The notes under the pieces: generated by a model | Seen by the model: only the letters and a program-made list of their open reading frames with translations | The model's database searches: none | What the model was told of the DNA's origin: nothing | Position numbers and translations under genes: made by a program | Part shown: piece after piece, positions 15,169 through 24,669 of the stretch | Numbering within the stretch: position 1 is the stretch's first letter | Layout: each line of letters starts with the position of its first letter | IMG/VR virus record: IMGVR_UViG_3300037524_001078 | Location: 1 to 37,205 of that record | Strand: one strand, 5' to 3' | Length of the DNA: 37,205 nt | Origin: a virus | Lineage: Duplodnaviria; Caudoviricetes

Positions 15169-15732
15169 TTAGCAGTGGATCTCCAGAAACTGCTCCAGCA
15201 ACTCAAGTGCTCGTGGCTCCTCCGGATACCGGCGGTTCCATGAACGCGGAAACAGAAACGCTAGGCCGCCGTCCTCGACAAAGTCGTCGCAGTTGACGGA
15301 GTAATCGTCGACCAGCAACGAGTCATCGTTGGCTAGAAACTGCTTCGGTCCGGTTGCCTCCGGATGAAAACTGCGGCACGAAAACAAAATCGGCACGTCC
15401 GGAAAGCACCGTTGAACCCAAACGCGCTTGCCGTCCACGCAGCCGTTATTCAGGCTGCACGCAGTCAGAAAGCAAAGGTTGCCAATCCCACACTTGCCGA
15501 TCAGCATCTCCATCACGCCATCTGCCTCGGCCGTCTTCGGCAGGTTCGCCCAGAAGTCGTAATCCATCGGCTCCCAGAACTGCTGTGGCGTCAGCCCCCA
15601 GAGCTTTTCGAGCCCCCAGCCCACGTCTCCGAGATTCTCGCGGCGGTGGTATGGCCAGTCACGCTGATGCAGCCGCATGCAGCCGGCGACAAAGTCGGCC
15701 ACCACACCGTCCATGTCGATCAACACTTTCAT
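15169..15732 (-). CDS. 5'(3')-deoxyribonucleotidase (HAD, NT5C-like)
   Basis: IDMDGVVADF, FLTA, K..W and LVDD. Confidence 0.88.
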   Translation of the reverse strand: MKVLIDMDGVVADFVAGCMRLHQRDWPYHRRENLGDVGWGLEKLWGLTPQQFWEPMDYDFWANLPKTAEADGVMEMLIGKCGIGNLCFLTACSLNNGCVDGKRVWVQRCFPDVPILFSCRSFHPEATGPKQFLANDDSLLVDDYSVNCDDFVEDGGLAFLFPRSWNRRYPEEPRALELLEQFLEIHC

Positions 15733-16064
15733 TCGTAAACCCCCGTCCCGTGATAGTATTGGCAAATGTCCGCCACACTTCTTAATACTGGGATGCTCAA
15801 GCTGAATGCCAGGTCTTTGTCGTTACGAGCTTCGCCGTCCAGTTCTCCCAGCAACATCATGACGCCACATCCAGGCAGCCACGCCCGATCGAGATTTGCC
15901 AACGAGGTCGTATTCATCGGACGGATGGCGTACAAGTCAATCCGGAGCCGTCGCGGCACGAACGTCGGAAAGCCGCAGACAAGCAGTCGTTCTTCAGCGT
16001 CTGCAACTTGAGTCGGCAACGCATCACCGGTGATGAAAACGCGAAATGGCATCCGTGCGTGCAT
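15729..16064 (-). CDS. Hypothetical protein, possibly nucleoside 2-deoxyribosyltransferase-like (DUF4406/DUF1937-type)
   Basis: RVFITG...G..FVP...D.AWL..C...L.G....A......A....IPV pattern; catalytic residues look degenerate. Confidence 0.45.
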   Translation of the reverse strand: MHARMPFRVFITGDALPTQVADAEERLLVCGFPTFVPRRLRIDLYAIRPMNTTSLANLDRAWLPGCGVMMLLGELDGEARNDKDLAFSLSIPVLRSVADICQYYHGTGVYE

Positions 16065-17059
16065 TAGATCCGCTCCGGGCTGACGTCCAGGTAGCAAAAC
16101 GGATTCACGTCGTCGGGGCCGCGTTTGATCAACGCTCGAAACAAAGCGTAGAAATACTCGGCCCGGTTGCCGGGCGGTCCGTAAGTCCATTTTTCGTGGA
16201 CAGTGCGGTGGGCTTCGGCACTAATTTCTTTGCGGCGTTCGCGGGCATACTTGAGAGCCTCGATGACGCTATCGACATCGCGTCCGGTAATCACGCAATT
16301 CGCTAAGGCTCCCACGCGACCAAACTCGAGCACGTTGCCAACGGCTGTCGTGACCGGCACGCAGCCGCACGCCATCGCCTCGAGCAGGTAGTTGGGCGTC
16401 CCCTCCGACTCGCTCACGCACAAGATATAGCTGCCGCTGTTGTAAAACTCCCGCATTTCGTAAGGCGTCAGGACGTTCTCATCGTGGAACTTGTCGACTT
16501 CGAGGAAATCGTAGCTGAACCCGTGATAGGCCAATTGCTCCTTGAGTTGCCGCAGCAGTCCGCAGCCCTTGCCTTTATTGGGTCCGATGCTGCCGGTCCA
16601 TAGTACCCGATGTGGCCGCAGCCCAATCGGCACATCGGACTGCCACAGGTCGTCGATGCCGTTGGCGATGCAGCACGTCCGCGACAACGGTCCCTCGTCG
16701 GCCAGCCAGCGATCGCGGTTGTTGACAACCAGCCAATCTGCCGCCCGCCACGCCGGCAGGTAGCGTTCCGTGCGGGACTGCGAATCCCGGTTGAACGACA
16801 CGACGTAGATCGTGTTTGGCGAAACCTCCCGCAGCCGTTCGCCGATCGACTCTGCCATCGAGTAGTCGAGGTTGAAGACGAGATCGTACTGGGCCCGCCG
16901 CACGTCGCCCCAGTTGAGGCTCGTGACAGAACATCGTCCGATTCGCAAATCCGGCGGAGCGTGTCGACAGAGTGCGTAGCTGCGATTGGCGTAGGCCCAG
17001 CGTTTCACGCCGTACTTGGTGAGCTGCTCCACGTCGTGCAGGATCAGGATTCTGTGCAC
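16064..17059 (-). CDS. Glycosyltransferase, GT-B (GT4-like)
   Basis: ANGID, KG and SESEGTPNYLLEAMACGCVPVTT. GTG start at 17059. Confidence 0.88.
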   Translation of the reverse strand: MHRILILHDVEQLTKYGVKRWAYANRSYALCRHAPPDLRIGRCSVTSLNWGDVRRAQYDLVFNLDYSMAESIGERLREVSPNTIYVVSFNRDSQSRTERYLPAWRAADWLVVNNRDRWLADEGPLSRTCCIANGIDDLWQSDVPIGLRPHRVLWTGSIGPNKGKGCGLLRQLKEQLAYHGFSYDFLEVDKFHDENVLTPYEMREFYNSGSYILCVSESEGTPNYLLEAMACGCVPVTTAVGNVLEFGRVGALANCVITGRDVDSVIEALKYARERRKEISAEAHRTVHEKWTYGPPGNRAEYFYALFRALIKRGPDDVNPFCYLDVSPERI

Positions 17060-17754
17060 TTGGCAGCCTCCTCCTCTAGAATCTCGATGGCCCGCTGCTG
17101 GGCCAATCGGTTCATCTCCCAATGGTCAGCCATCCGGTAGAGAGCCTCGTCACCGGTGGCCCCCGGCAGATCCCGCACGTTGCGTTGCAGCAGCGTGTGC
17201 TCGCGGTTCTGGAGAATCGTGAACAGCCTGTCCGCCTTGCGGTCGAACAGGTTGTCGATGTGGTGCTTGCGCAGGTACAGATCCAGCCGGCGGATGGTGG
17301 ACTTCGGGAAGGCGGCTCCCCAGCCCACTAGAGCTTCGTACGCCACACCGCCCTGGTAGACATGGGTCCAGCGGCCAGCCCGCACGTAGTGCTCGTAATG
17401 GCCCGGCTTGATATTGGCGGCGATTCGCTGTGTGCATTCGGCCGCCTCGACCAACTCGTCCCAGTTGCTGACGAGGCAGTCGTCGTCGCAGGTGGCCACC
17501 AGCGGCGTATTGGCTAGTTCGGCGGCTGCGTACCGTCCGCCGGTATAGAGGTTCGCATCGGAGCCAAACACGATCACATTGGCATGTCCGAACCAGCCCC
17601 GCAGCATGTCGCGGATCGTGTGGGTTGTGCCGCGCGAGCGGTTGGACCACACAATGACCTCGTGCATGCCGGCTTCCAGCATGCCGGCAATGATCGGGTG
17701 CAGGTTATCGAGCCGCCGCCATGCCAGCAGCACCCCGGTCACATCCGCCGCCAT
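17044..17754 (-). CDS. Glycosyltransferase, GT-A fold
   Basis: LLAWRR, EVIVWSN and a DXD motif in TCDDDCLV. Confidence 0.7.
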   Translation of the reverse strand: MAADVTGVLLAWRRLDNLHPIIAGMLEAGMHEVIVWSNRSRGTTHTIRDMLRGWFGHANVIVFGSDANLYTGGRYAAAELANTPLVATCDDDCLVSNWDELVEAAECTQRIAANIKPGHYEHYVRAGRWTHVYQGGVAYEALVGWGAAFPKSTIRRLDLYLRKHHIDNLFDRKADRLFTILQNREHTLLQRNVRDLPGATGDEALYRMADHWEMNRLAQQRAIEILEEEAAKCTES

Positions 17755-17781
17755 CCGTGCTGATTCCCACGCTCCTCCGCC

Positions 17782-18417
17782 TTACACAGGATTATAGTTG
17801 ATTGGCGTGTCCCAGTCACTCGCCGCGTAGCGGAACTCTTTCAACCACGGGATGCCCGGTGAAATGGTCGAATGCCGTCCGATGTGCTGGCAGAACGAGC
17901 GTTCGTAGTACCAGTAGCCCATGTTCTGCTCGAGGCAAACCTTGCCGATCAGAAACTCGGCTTTGTTCGGCTGTCCGTTGTAATTGCCAACTGCCAGCAC
18001 GGCGTCGACTAACGTCGGGTCGAACACGTACGCCAGAGCCCCGTACGCCTTGCGTGGCAGATCCTCGTCCGGCAGTCGCCACCAGCCGCGGTTGCCCCGT
18101 GCCTGATGCGTCAGTGGCAACCACAGGCTGACGAGCCCTGACGGCAGCAACCCGAGCGAGTATTGGTGCTCCAGCCACTCCCGCACGCCATGGGCGAAGA
18201 CCGCATCGTCCTGGGCGACCAGCAGCCGGTCCCACTCGCCACGCCGGCGGGCTTGGTCGAGGGCCCGCAGCAGGTTGTTGCGAGCCCCTGACATCGTCTC
18301 GTCGTGGAGTAGCGTGTGTCCAGGCCAGCCGGCGGCGTCGAGGGATGCCGACGCAGCCGCGAGCGTTGGTTGCTTGCGGGGACAAGTTGTGACGTAGGCA
18401 AGCCACTTCATTTTCAT
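17782..18417 (-). CDS. Putative glycosyltransferase, GT-A fold
   Basis: VTTCPR, LVAQDDAVF and CQHIG.HST. Confidence 0.65.
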   Translation of the reverse strand: MKMKWLAYVTTCPRKQPTLAAASASLDAAGWPGHTLLHDETMSGARNNLLRALDQARRRGEWDRLLVAQDDAVFAHGVREWLEHQYSLGLLPSGLVSLWLPLTHQARGNRGWWRLPDEDLPRKAYGALAYVFDPTLVDAVLAVGNYNGQPNKAEFLIGKVCLEQNMGYWYYERSFCQHIGRHSTISPGIPWLKEFRYAASDWDTPINYNPV

Positions 18418-18632
18418 TCGTACACCTCTATTCGCAGGTAATGTTTCTCCGCCCACTGTTGGGCCTGCTCGATCGCCCACTCCCGGCGTTTGGAGCCATA
18501 GCAGTACATGCGATGACCGATCTTATGGCCGACGACGTTGTAGGCCACGACCTCGTAACAAGCTCCGTCGTGGCGAATCACTTCCACCGTGGAGGTGACG
18601 CAACTAAAGTTGTATTTCTGATCGGTGTACAT
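18414..18632 (-). CDS. Hypothetical protein
   Basis: Coupled ORF (MYTDQKYNF...) with a GAGG RBS. Confidence 0.5.
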   Translation of the reverse strand: MYTDQKYNFSCVTSTVEVIRHDGACYEVVAYNVVGHKIGHRMYCYGSKRREWAIEQAQQWAEKHYLRIEVYE

Positions 18633-18633
18633 C

Positions 18634-18960
18634 TCACACCCCTCGCACAAACCACTTGAAACCGTAGCCACGCTGGGCGTCGGCGTGGTACTCGATCACC
18701 GCCGGCTCGCCGGCAATGTCGGTCATGGCCCGCGTGTAGTCGTCCAGTACAATTCGGCCAGCTTCGTACAGTTCGACCATGCCGGCTTTGAACTCAGCCA
18801 GCGACACGCGGCGGTCGGCCATGGCGACCTCGGAGAGCACCTGCCCGAGCGTCAACTGCTGCTCGACCTTCGTCCGGCCGGCGACCATCTGCAGAACCAG
18901 TTCTTTCCAGTTCGTCTTGGCCATCGTCGTCGCCTTTCGTTGGTATTTCGTGCTTGCCAT
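18634..18960 (-). CDS. Hypothetical protein, probably leaderless
   Basis: ATG lies 6 nt after a perfect TATAAT. Confidence 0.6.
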   Translation of the reverse strand: MASTKYQRKATTMAKTNWKELVLQMVAGRTKVEQQLTLGQVLSEVAMADRRVSLAEFKAGMVELYEAGRIVLDDYTRAMTDIAGEPAVIEYHADAQRGYGFKWFVRGV

Positions 18961-18966
18961 GCCCTT

Positions 18967-18994
18967 ATTATACAGTTATCGGCATAGTTGTCAA
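18967..18994 (-). promoter_or_regulatory. Consensus sigma70 promoter
   Basis: TTGACA-actatgccgataactg (16 nt)-TATAAT-AAGGGC-ATG on -, with A/T tracts upstream. Confidence 0.8.
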
Positions 18995-19063
18995 GTGTCT
19001 GGCAGAAAAAAATCCAAAATTTTTTGCGGGCCAGCTTGGCCGCATCACGTGGCAACCAACGCG

Positions 19064-20083
19064 TCACAGGAAGATGTTCCTGGCTTGCGGATCGGCGTCA
19101 GCGAAAATTGGGTGCACCTCCCTGGCAATTAAGCCGGCGTCGACGGCCGGATGTCTCAATCGCGGGTCGTCCAGAATTTCGCAGAACTCCGCGTAATTGG
19201 GGTGCCCTGGGTTCGAGAGGTTTCGCTCGCGAAACCAAGCGGTCGGCATGTGTGGCCACGGGGCCATCATCGTAAACTGAATCTGATCTGCCGCATGTTC
19301 GATGCACATCTCGGCGAACGGCACAATCTCGCGAAAGTTCTCTGCCTGTACCACCATGTTGTACTGCAGGTGCAGAATTTCGCCACGCCTCCGAATGTCC
19401 GCACAGAACCGCATCGCACGCTGCAGATCCTCCCATCGGCCCCCTCGCCGCAGTCGTTCGTAGGTGGGGCCCGTTGCGGCGTCGATCGAAAAGAAGATCA
19501 GCGTCACGCGGCAGTTGAGCGTGTGCCAGTATTGCGGAAGCAGTAGTCCGTTGGTGAATAGATGGATGTCCGGACCACCTTTCCCGACCGTCTGCAGCCA
19601 ATGCCGATGTGACGGATTGGCAAACGGATCTCCCGAGTGCGAGAGCGATACGATTTGCACGCCACCGCCAAACCCGTCCAGCATCCATTCAATGACACGC
19701 CGCTTGTCTTCCTCGAATACGCGATGCGGCCGGCACGTCACGCAATGCAATTGACAAGTGGAGTTGTCAGCAATGGACAGGTTCTGCGGCGGCTTTCTCA
19801 TGACGACGTCCTCGCCATCGCGTCGTTCGTCGCGCCGCCATTGCGGCCCGCGGGCAAGGTTCGGGCAGCCGGAGCAGAACCGCTTCCAGTCTTTATCCAA
19901 GACTGCCTGTCGCAATTCGATGAAGTTCTGGTGGTTCCAAATGTCCCACGGGTTCTGGTAGTGGTCGAGAACGAATCTCGAGCCGTCCACCCACGCCGCA
20001 CAGCACGTCGAAAACCTGCCGGTCTGGACGTGCAAATGCGTGAACGGCACGGGGCAGAAATTCGCTTCACTCATCGGAGGCAC
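19064..20083 (-). CDS. Radical SAM protein with N-terminal SPASM/Twitch-like Cys cluster
   Basis: CQLHCVTC (CxxxCxxC), GDPF, TNG and SIDA. The N-terminus has CP.PF...CC...C.GC. Confidence 0.88.
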   Translation of the reverse strand: MPPMSEANFCPVPFTHLHVQTGRFSTCCAAWVDGSRFVLDHYQNPWDIWNHQNFIELRQAVLDKDWKRFCSGCPNLARGPQWRRDERRDGEDVVMRKPPQNLSIADNSTCQLHCVTCRPHRVFEEDKRRVIEWMLDGFGGGVQIVSLSHSGDPFANPSHRHWLQTVGKGGPDIHLFTNGLLLPQYWHTLNCRVTLIFFSIDAATGPTYERLRRGGRWEDLQRAMRFCADIRRRGEILHLQYNMVVQAENFREIVPFAEMCIEHAADQIQFTMMAPWPHMPTAWFRERNLSNPGHPNYAEFCEILDDPRLRHPAVDAGLIAREVHPIFADADPQARNIFL

Positions 20084-21213
20084 CCTTCGTGCATGTCCAG
20101 CACCCGAAAGTGCCGCCGTCGCATTTCGCGGACGATGCTTTCGTCACTCTCTACGTAGAATGACACGTCCAGTTCACGACAGGCGTTTACCTTCCAGGCC
20201 GCCACACTCTGCAAATTGCGTTCGCTCGCCTTGCCGGGCCACATCACCAGTTCGCGGTACTGGGCCCCTTGCTGTTTCAACCACGCCTCGGTCACGGCCC
20301 GATATTTCTCCAGCCGAGCCGTCACGATGCCGGCCGCCCTGAAGCGGACGTTGCGTGGCACGTCCAGCGGCTGCACGCTCTGCAGGTGCTCAAGTTCTCG
20401 CGTGCCGCCGTCGTACACCTCGCGCTGGCCGTCTTTGCACAGCACGCCGTCCATGTCGAGTGCCGCCAACGTCACCTGTGGACCGTTGAAAAAGTTCCAC
20501 TCGAACAGGTGCGGCGTCCCTTGCACATAATCGTAGAGTTGAGCCTTGTGTTCGTTCCCTGGTGAAACGAACACTGACACGAAGAACCACTCGTCCCGCA
20601 GCACGCCGTTTGCTTTCATCTGTGCCCACTGCGTGCCGCTGCCGATGGAGTCTTCCACGACCGCCAGCCGGCCGGCGGTTGGCTGCAATTCTAGCGCCCG
20701 GACGCCACCTCGGACAAACTCAATCTTGCCATCGACGATCGTGTAGAGCGGAAGATGGAGTCGCGTGGCGATGGTCGCCGCCGGAATCATGCCGGATCTT
20801 GGCACACCGACGATGCCGACCACGTCCTTGGGAATCTGTGGTGCCAGATCGTACGCCCGACGCGTCAGTTCTGCGGTCGTGTGCCATGGAATGATCACCG
20901 GCGTCCATTTGTCACGGGGACATTTACCCAACGTGTTGCGGATCGTCGCCCGAAACGTCTTGCTGCACCCCAGGTCAATCTGCTTGCAGCGGTCCGATGC
21001 CGACGGCATGAACTCCTTGCACTGATGGCACGCCTGCAGGCGGGCCTCGATCTCCCAGGCGGCTGCCCGGATCGGCTGGCCGGTGTCGACGGTGTCCACG
21101 CGAATCGGACCGCCACGTCGGCGAGATACCTCCGCCACCGCCCCGCAGCGGCAGAACACCCGCTTGGTTTTGACATCCAGGCTGAATCCGCACTTGTCGC
21201 AAGTCCACTTCAT
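20071..21213 (-). CDS. Cys-rich Zn-finger + phosphoribosyltransferase + HAD phosphatase fusion
   Basis: N-terminal CxxC clusters; PRPP-binding loop (GVPRSG, AVVEDSIGSG); HAD motifs LDMDGVL, VTAR, K and VESD. Confidence 0.8.
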   Translation of the reverse strand: MKWTCDKCGFSLDVKTKRVFCRCGAVAEVSRRRGGPIRVDTVDTGQPIRAAAWEIEARLQACHQCKEFMPSASDRCKQIDLGCSKTFRATIRNTLGKCPRDKWTPVIIPWHTTAELTRRAYDLAPQIPKDVVGIVGVPRSGMIPAATIATRLHLPLYTIVDGKIEFVRGGVRALELQPTAGRLAVVEDSIGSGTQWAQMKANGVLRDEWFFVSVFVSPGNEHKAQLYDYVQGTPHLFEWNFFNGPQVTLAALDMDGVLCKDGQREVYDGGTRELEHLQSVQPLDVPRNVRFRAAGIVTARLEKYRAVTEAWLKQQGAQYRELVMWPGKASERNLQSVAAWKVNACRELDVSFYVESDESIVREMRRRHFRVLDMHEGCLR

Positions 21214-21237
21214 GGCTGCTGAATAATTGGTATTGGA

Positions 21238-24200
21238 TTAGTAGCTGGTTGCAGTCACGATGAGGTTTTCCCAGTTGACGCACATATACCAACTCGGGTC
21301 GATTGGAAATGGCGATATTTGGTACTTTTCGACGAACGTCAGCTCTGCACCGCTTATTTCATCACACCTGACAGATGAGTCAAACTCTGCCTCATAAGAC
21401 CCCCGAGCAAGCCCGTAGAACAGATTTCCATAAGTAGAAACTTCCACATCAACCGTTAGCTTCCATCCACCAGACTCCAGCTCCTCAATGGCCCAACCAA
21501 CCTTGACATCAAAGCCGTAGTACAGCGGCCTGACTTCGCAAAACTCTTGGCTCACCCAGCCGCCGCACGATCCAGTGTGTCCAAAATAAGTTGGAGATCC
21601 TGACCCAAATGGAATAACATAAGTGCCATCAACGTCGGTGCAATCGCACAGAAAACCGTATGTCGTTTGCAGGCCAGACACCGACACGCTCAGGCCGCCG
21701 TTTGGGCCAATGTCGCCGGCACAACCGTCACACTCCGTTGGGGTGCATGCTTCACACGTTCCAGTATTGGACAAACCTATCGCCGAAAGAAACTTAACTG
21801 TACCGCCAACCGTCGATCCGGTTCCGAATCCGACGTGTCCTTCTCCGTTGACTGTGGTTGCCGTCGATAGCCAGATCGTCCCGATTCTGCACGAGAAGAT
21901 GTCGATGCCATCCCTTTCGTGCATGCACACTTCCACGTAATACGTTGCATTCGGAAGTATGGCATCCGTGTAACTGTACCACCTGCTTGGCAACTCCAGT
22001 TCTTCCAGCAATCCTCCGGTTGAATACAGTTTGATCGAACCACCGTCGCCAGTCGTATTGGCACCGCAAGTGACGATGGCGTAGTGGCTCGTGCTCCCGT
22101 CGGAGTTGGCGTCGATTAGCAGCTTTGCTTCGTCGCCGGCCGTGTCGAACCGCACATGAAATACCGCGTAGTGATAGCCGAGCGGCGTTGGCTCGATGCA
22201 GTTGGAGTCGTCCTGCGGCACCTCGGACATCACCAAGGCACCGGAGTCTTCTGTCTCGAGGGACGGGATCGGCGAACCGGCGACCGCGTCCCACGAGCCG
22301 CTGACCTTGACCCAGCCGCAGCCCACGTCGGCAATGTCGGTGCCTGTCTGACAGTACCAGGGATTCACAAACGTGCACGTCGGCACTGTGTCTGGGCCCG
22401 GCTCGTAACACTCTGTCGTGACGGTGCTGTAGTTGTGCCGGTAGTAATAGAAGTGCGTGAATGCAACCGTGCCGTTGACAGCGTCACCCGTCCCCAGTCC
22501 CACTTTTGTGCCGGAGACGGTGCCGACGTTCTCGGAAAGCTGCACGCGACTGGGAAATCGCCCGTCGGAGGTGGCTGCCACCGCCCAGAACACGCCCGTC
22601 GTTTCGCTGTAGCCAGCCCACAACGCAATTCCATCGGTCGACTCGACACGAATCTGGGCCGCCTCCGCCAGTAGCGTCGTGTCGTTGTACAGCCGCAACG
22701 TCATGCACCCGTAACTGGTGACGCTGCTCGAGTGCAGGCCCAGCTCCAGTTCGGCGTACAACGTGTCGCACAGGACGATCCGGGCCTTGTCGCCAGGCGT
22801 CACGTAGTCCGACTCTTTGGAAAGGATCGTCAGCACGACGTGCTCGGCCACGGCATCCGGATGCTCTGTCTCGTAGCGGATGTAGGCGTTCGCATCCTGC
22901 GTGGTGAGGTAGCCGCCGTACTCTTCGATAATCGACCACGTTCCGCTTTGCACAGCCCAATCGCCGCCGATCGAAGCCCGCTCGAAATCGTCTTCGCCGA
23001 TTAGGCAGTCGCGTTCGCAGTAGCACGGCCAGCACTGCTTTTGGTCCGGTTCGGCGTCGGTTGTGAACGTCAGAGTCGCACTGCCGGTCATACTCCCGGT
23101 GCCGGTGAGCGTACCGCTATCGGTCAGTGTGACTGTCGACGAACCGGTGATGTACCGCGAGCCGACGCCGCCTTCCGGATAGAGCCAGCCGGTCGTGTTG
23201 AGCGTGATCGTCACGGGCGAGCCGGACGAACTACTCATAAACCCGCGACCGCCGCTGCCGCCGGTCAGTGTGACGCTGGCCGTGACCGCCAACGACGACG
23301 AGCCGGTCATGGCCCCCGTGCCACGCATCGCCGTGCTGCTGGACGTAAAAGCCAGCGACGATGAGCCGGACAGCGAGCCCATGCTGAAAATGCCACAGAG
23401 TGCAGTCAGCCGAATCGTCGACGAACCGGTCATGTTGCCGGTGCCGGCCAGCGTCGGTTCGTTGGTCGTCAGCTCAAGGTACGTCTCGCCGACGGCCATC
23501 CGCTTGGCACGACCGGCCGCGTCCGCCGTGAGCGTCAGCGATGACGAGCCAGACAGCGCCCCGTCGCCGGTGAGCGTGCCACTGGCCGACAATTGTGCCG
23601 AAACCGTGCCGTTCGTGCCGTATCGCCGCCAACCGAACCCGGACGACGTGAGCGTGATGGTGAGGTTGCCACGGAGGCCACCACCGGCCCATGTGTCGCC
23701 GGTAACGGTCAGCTCGAGCGACGATGAGCCGTATAGCCGGCCTTTGCCGACGAGCGTGGCGTCGTACGGCAGCAATTCAATATAGATGTCTTCGCCGACG
23801 AGCTGGCCATCCGCCCGCATGCCACCGCTGCTGCTAAACGTCAGCGACGACGAGCCAGACATGCGGCCTTTTCCAGCTAAAGTGGCATCGTCGGTGGCAG
23901 AAAACTCGATGTAAACGTCTTCGCCAACAAGCCATCCGACAGCCCGCATGCCACCGCTGCTGCTAAGTGACAACGAGGACGAACCCGTCAGGCGGCCTTT
24001 GCCGCGTGCGGTTGCTTCGGAGTTCAGTTCGATGTAGCAGTCTTCACCAACCAGACTGCCGACACCGACCACTGTTGCCGAACCAAGCGACACCGCGAGG
24101 CTGCTCTCGCCGGTCAGTTCGCCGTAACCTTTGATGGTCGCCGACGATGTAAGTACAATTGTGCACGACCCGCTCATCTGGGCCGACGCCATGCACTGGC

Positions 24201-24642
24201 CGTCGATGTAGACTTCGAGCTGGTCGATGCCGCTGCAGAACGTCGGCTCGTCGCCGTTGTAGTCGAGAATGTAGCCGTCGAAGGTGAGCTGGCTGTTCTC
24301 GATCGGATCGTAGATCGTCGCCAGGTCGAACAGACCGTAGAACCTGGCACCGCCTAGTTCTGTTCGCTCGAGCGTGCCGTCTTCGATGCGGGCGACGGTC
24401 AGGTCCAAATCAAAACGGTCTTCGTCCTCGCCGTCGCCCGGAGTGATCGTCCACTCCATCTTCATCATGATGGAGTAGGTGCCGGAGGTGTAGCAAACCT
24501 CCCACTCGCCTTCGCCGTAGCAGGAGCCGGCCGGACTGGTGCGGGACGCGAAGTAGGTGCCGTCGTAGTCCGATACGCAGTCGCACAGCGAACCGTAGGC
24601 GTACTGAAAACCGCTGACCTGAATTGAGTAGCCGTCAGCCAC
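21238..24642 (-). CDS. Large Gly/Ser/Thr- and Cys-rich tail fibre or minor virion protein
   Basis: 1134 aa, last gene of the tail module. Contains G.L.G.S.L beta repeats and duplicated Cys-containing terminal domains. Confidence 0.65.
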   Translation of the reverse strand: MADGYSIQVSGFQYAYGSLCDCVSDYDGTYFASRTSPAGSCYGEGEWEVCYTSGTYSIMMKMEWTITPGDGEDEDRFDLDLTVARIEDGTLERTELGGARFYGLFDLATIYDPIENSQLTFDGYILDYNGDEPTFCSGIDQLEVYIDGQCMASAQMSGSCTIVLTSSATIKGYGELTGESSLAVSLGSATVVGVGSLVGEDCYIELNSEATARGKGRLTGSSSLSLSSSGGMRAVGWLVGEDVYIEFSATDDATLAGKGRMSGSSSLTFSSSGGMRADGQLVGEDIYIELLPYDATLVGKGRLYGSSSLELTVTGDTWAGGGLRGNLTITLTSSGFGWRRYGTNGTVSAQLSASGTLTGDGALSGSSSLTLTADAAGRAKRMAVGETYLELTTNEPTLAGTGNMTGSSTIRLTALCGIFSMGSLSGSSSLAFTSSSTAMRGTGAMTGSSSLAVTASVTLTGGSGGRGFMSSSSGSPVTITLNTTGWLYPEGGVGSRYITGSSTVTLTDSGTLTGTGSMTGSATLTFTTDAEPDQKQCWPCYCERDCLIGEDDFERASIGGDWAVQSGTWSIIEEYGGYLTTQDANAYIRYETEHPDAVAEHVVLTILSKESDYVTPGDKARIVLCDTLYAELELGLHSSSVTSYGCMTLRLYNDTTLLAEAAQIRVESTDGIALWAGYSETTGVFWAVAATSDGRFPSRVQLSENVGTVSGTKVGLGTGDAVNGTVAFTHFYYYRHNYSTVTTECYEPGPDTVPTCTFVNPWYCQTGTDIADVGCGWVKVSGSWDAVAGSPIPSLETEDSGALVMSEVPQDDSNCIEPTPLGYHYAVFHVRFDTAGDEAKLLIDANSDGSTSHYAIVTCGANTTGDGGSIKLYSTGGLLEELELPSRWYSYTDAILPNATYYVEVCMHERDGIDIFSCRIGTIWLSTATTVNGEGHVGFGTGSTVGGTVKFLSAIGLSNTGTCEACTPTECDGCAGDIGPNGGLSVSVSGLQTTYGFLCDCTDVDGTYVIPFGSGSPTYFGHTGSCGGWVSQEFCEVRPLYYGFDVKVGWAIEELESGGWKLTVDVEVSTYGNLFYGLARGSYEAEFDSSVRCDEISGAELTFVEKYQISPFPIDPSWYMCVNWENLIVTATSY

Positions 24643-24669
24643 GCACGCGCTCCTTCGTCGTCAGTGCTG

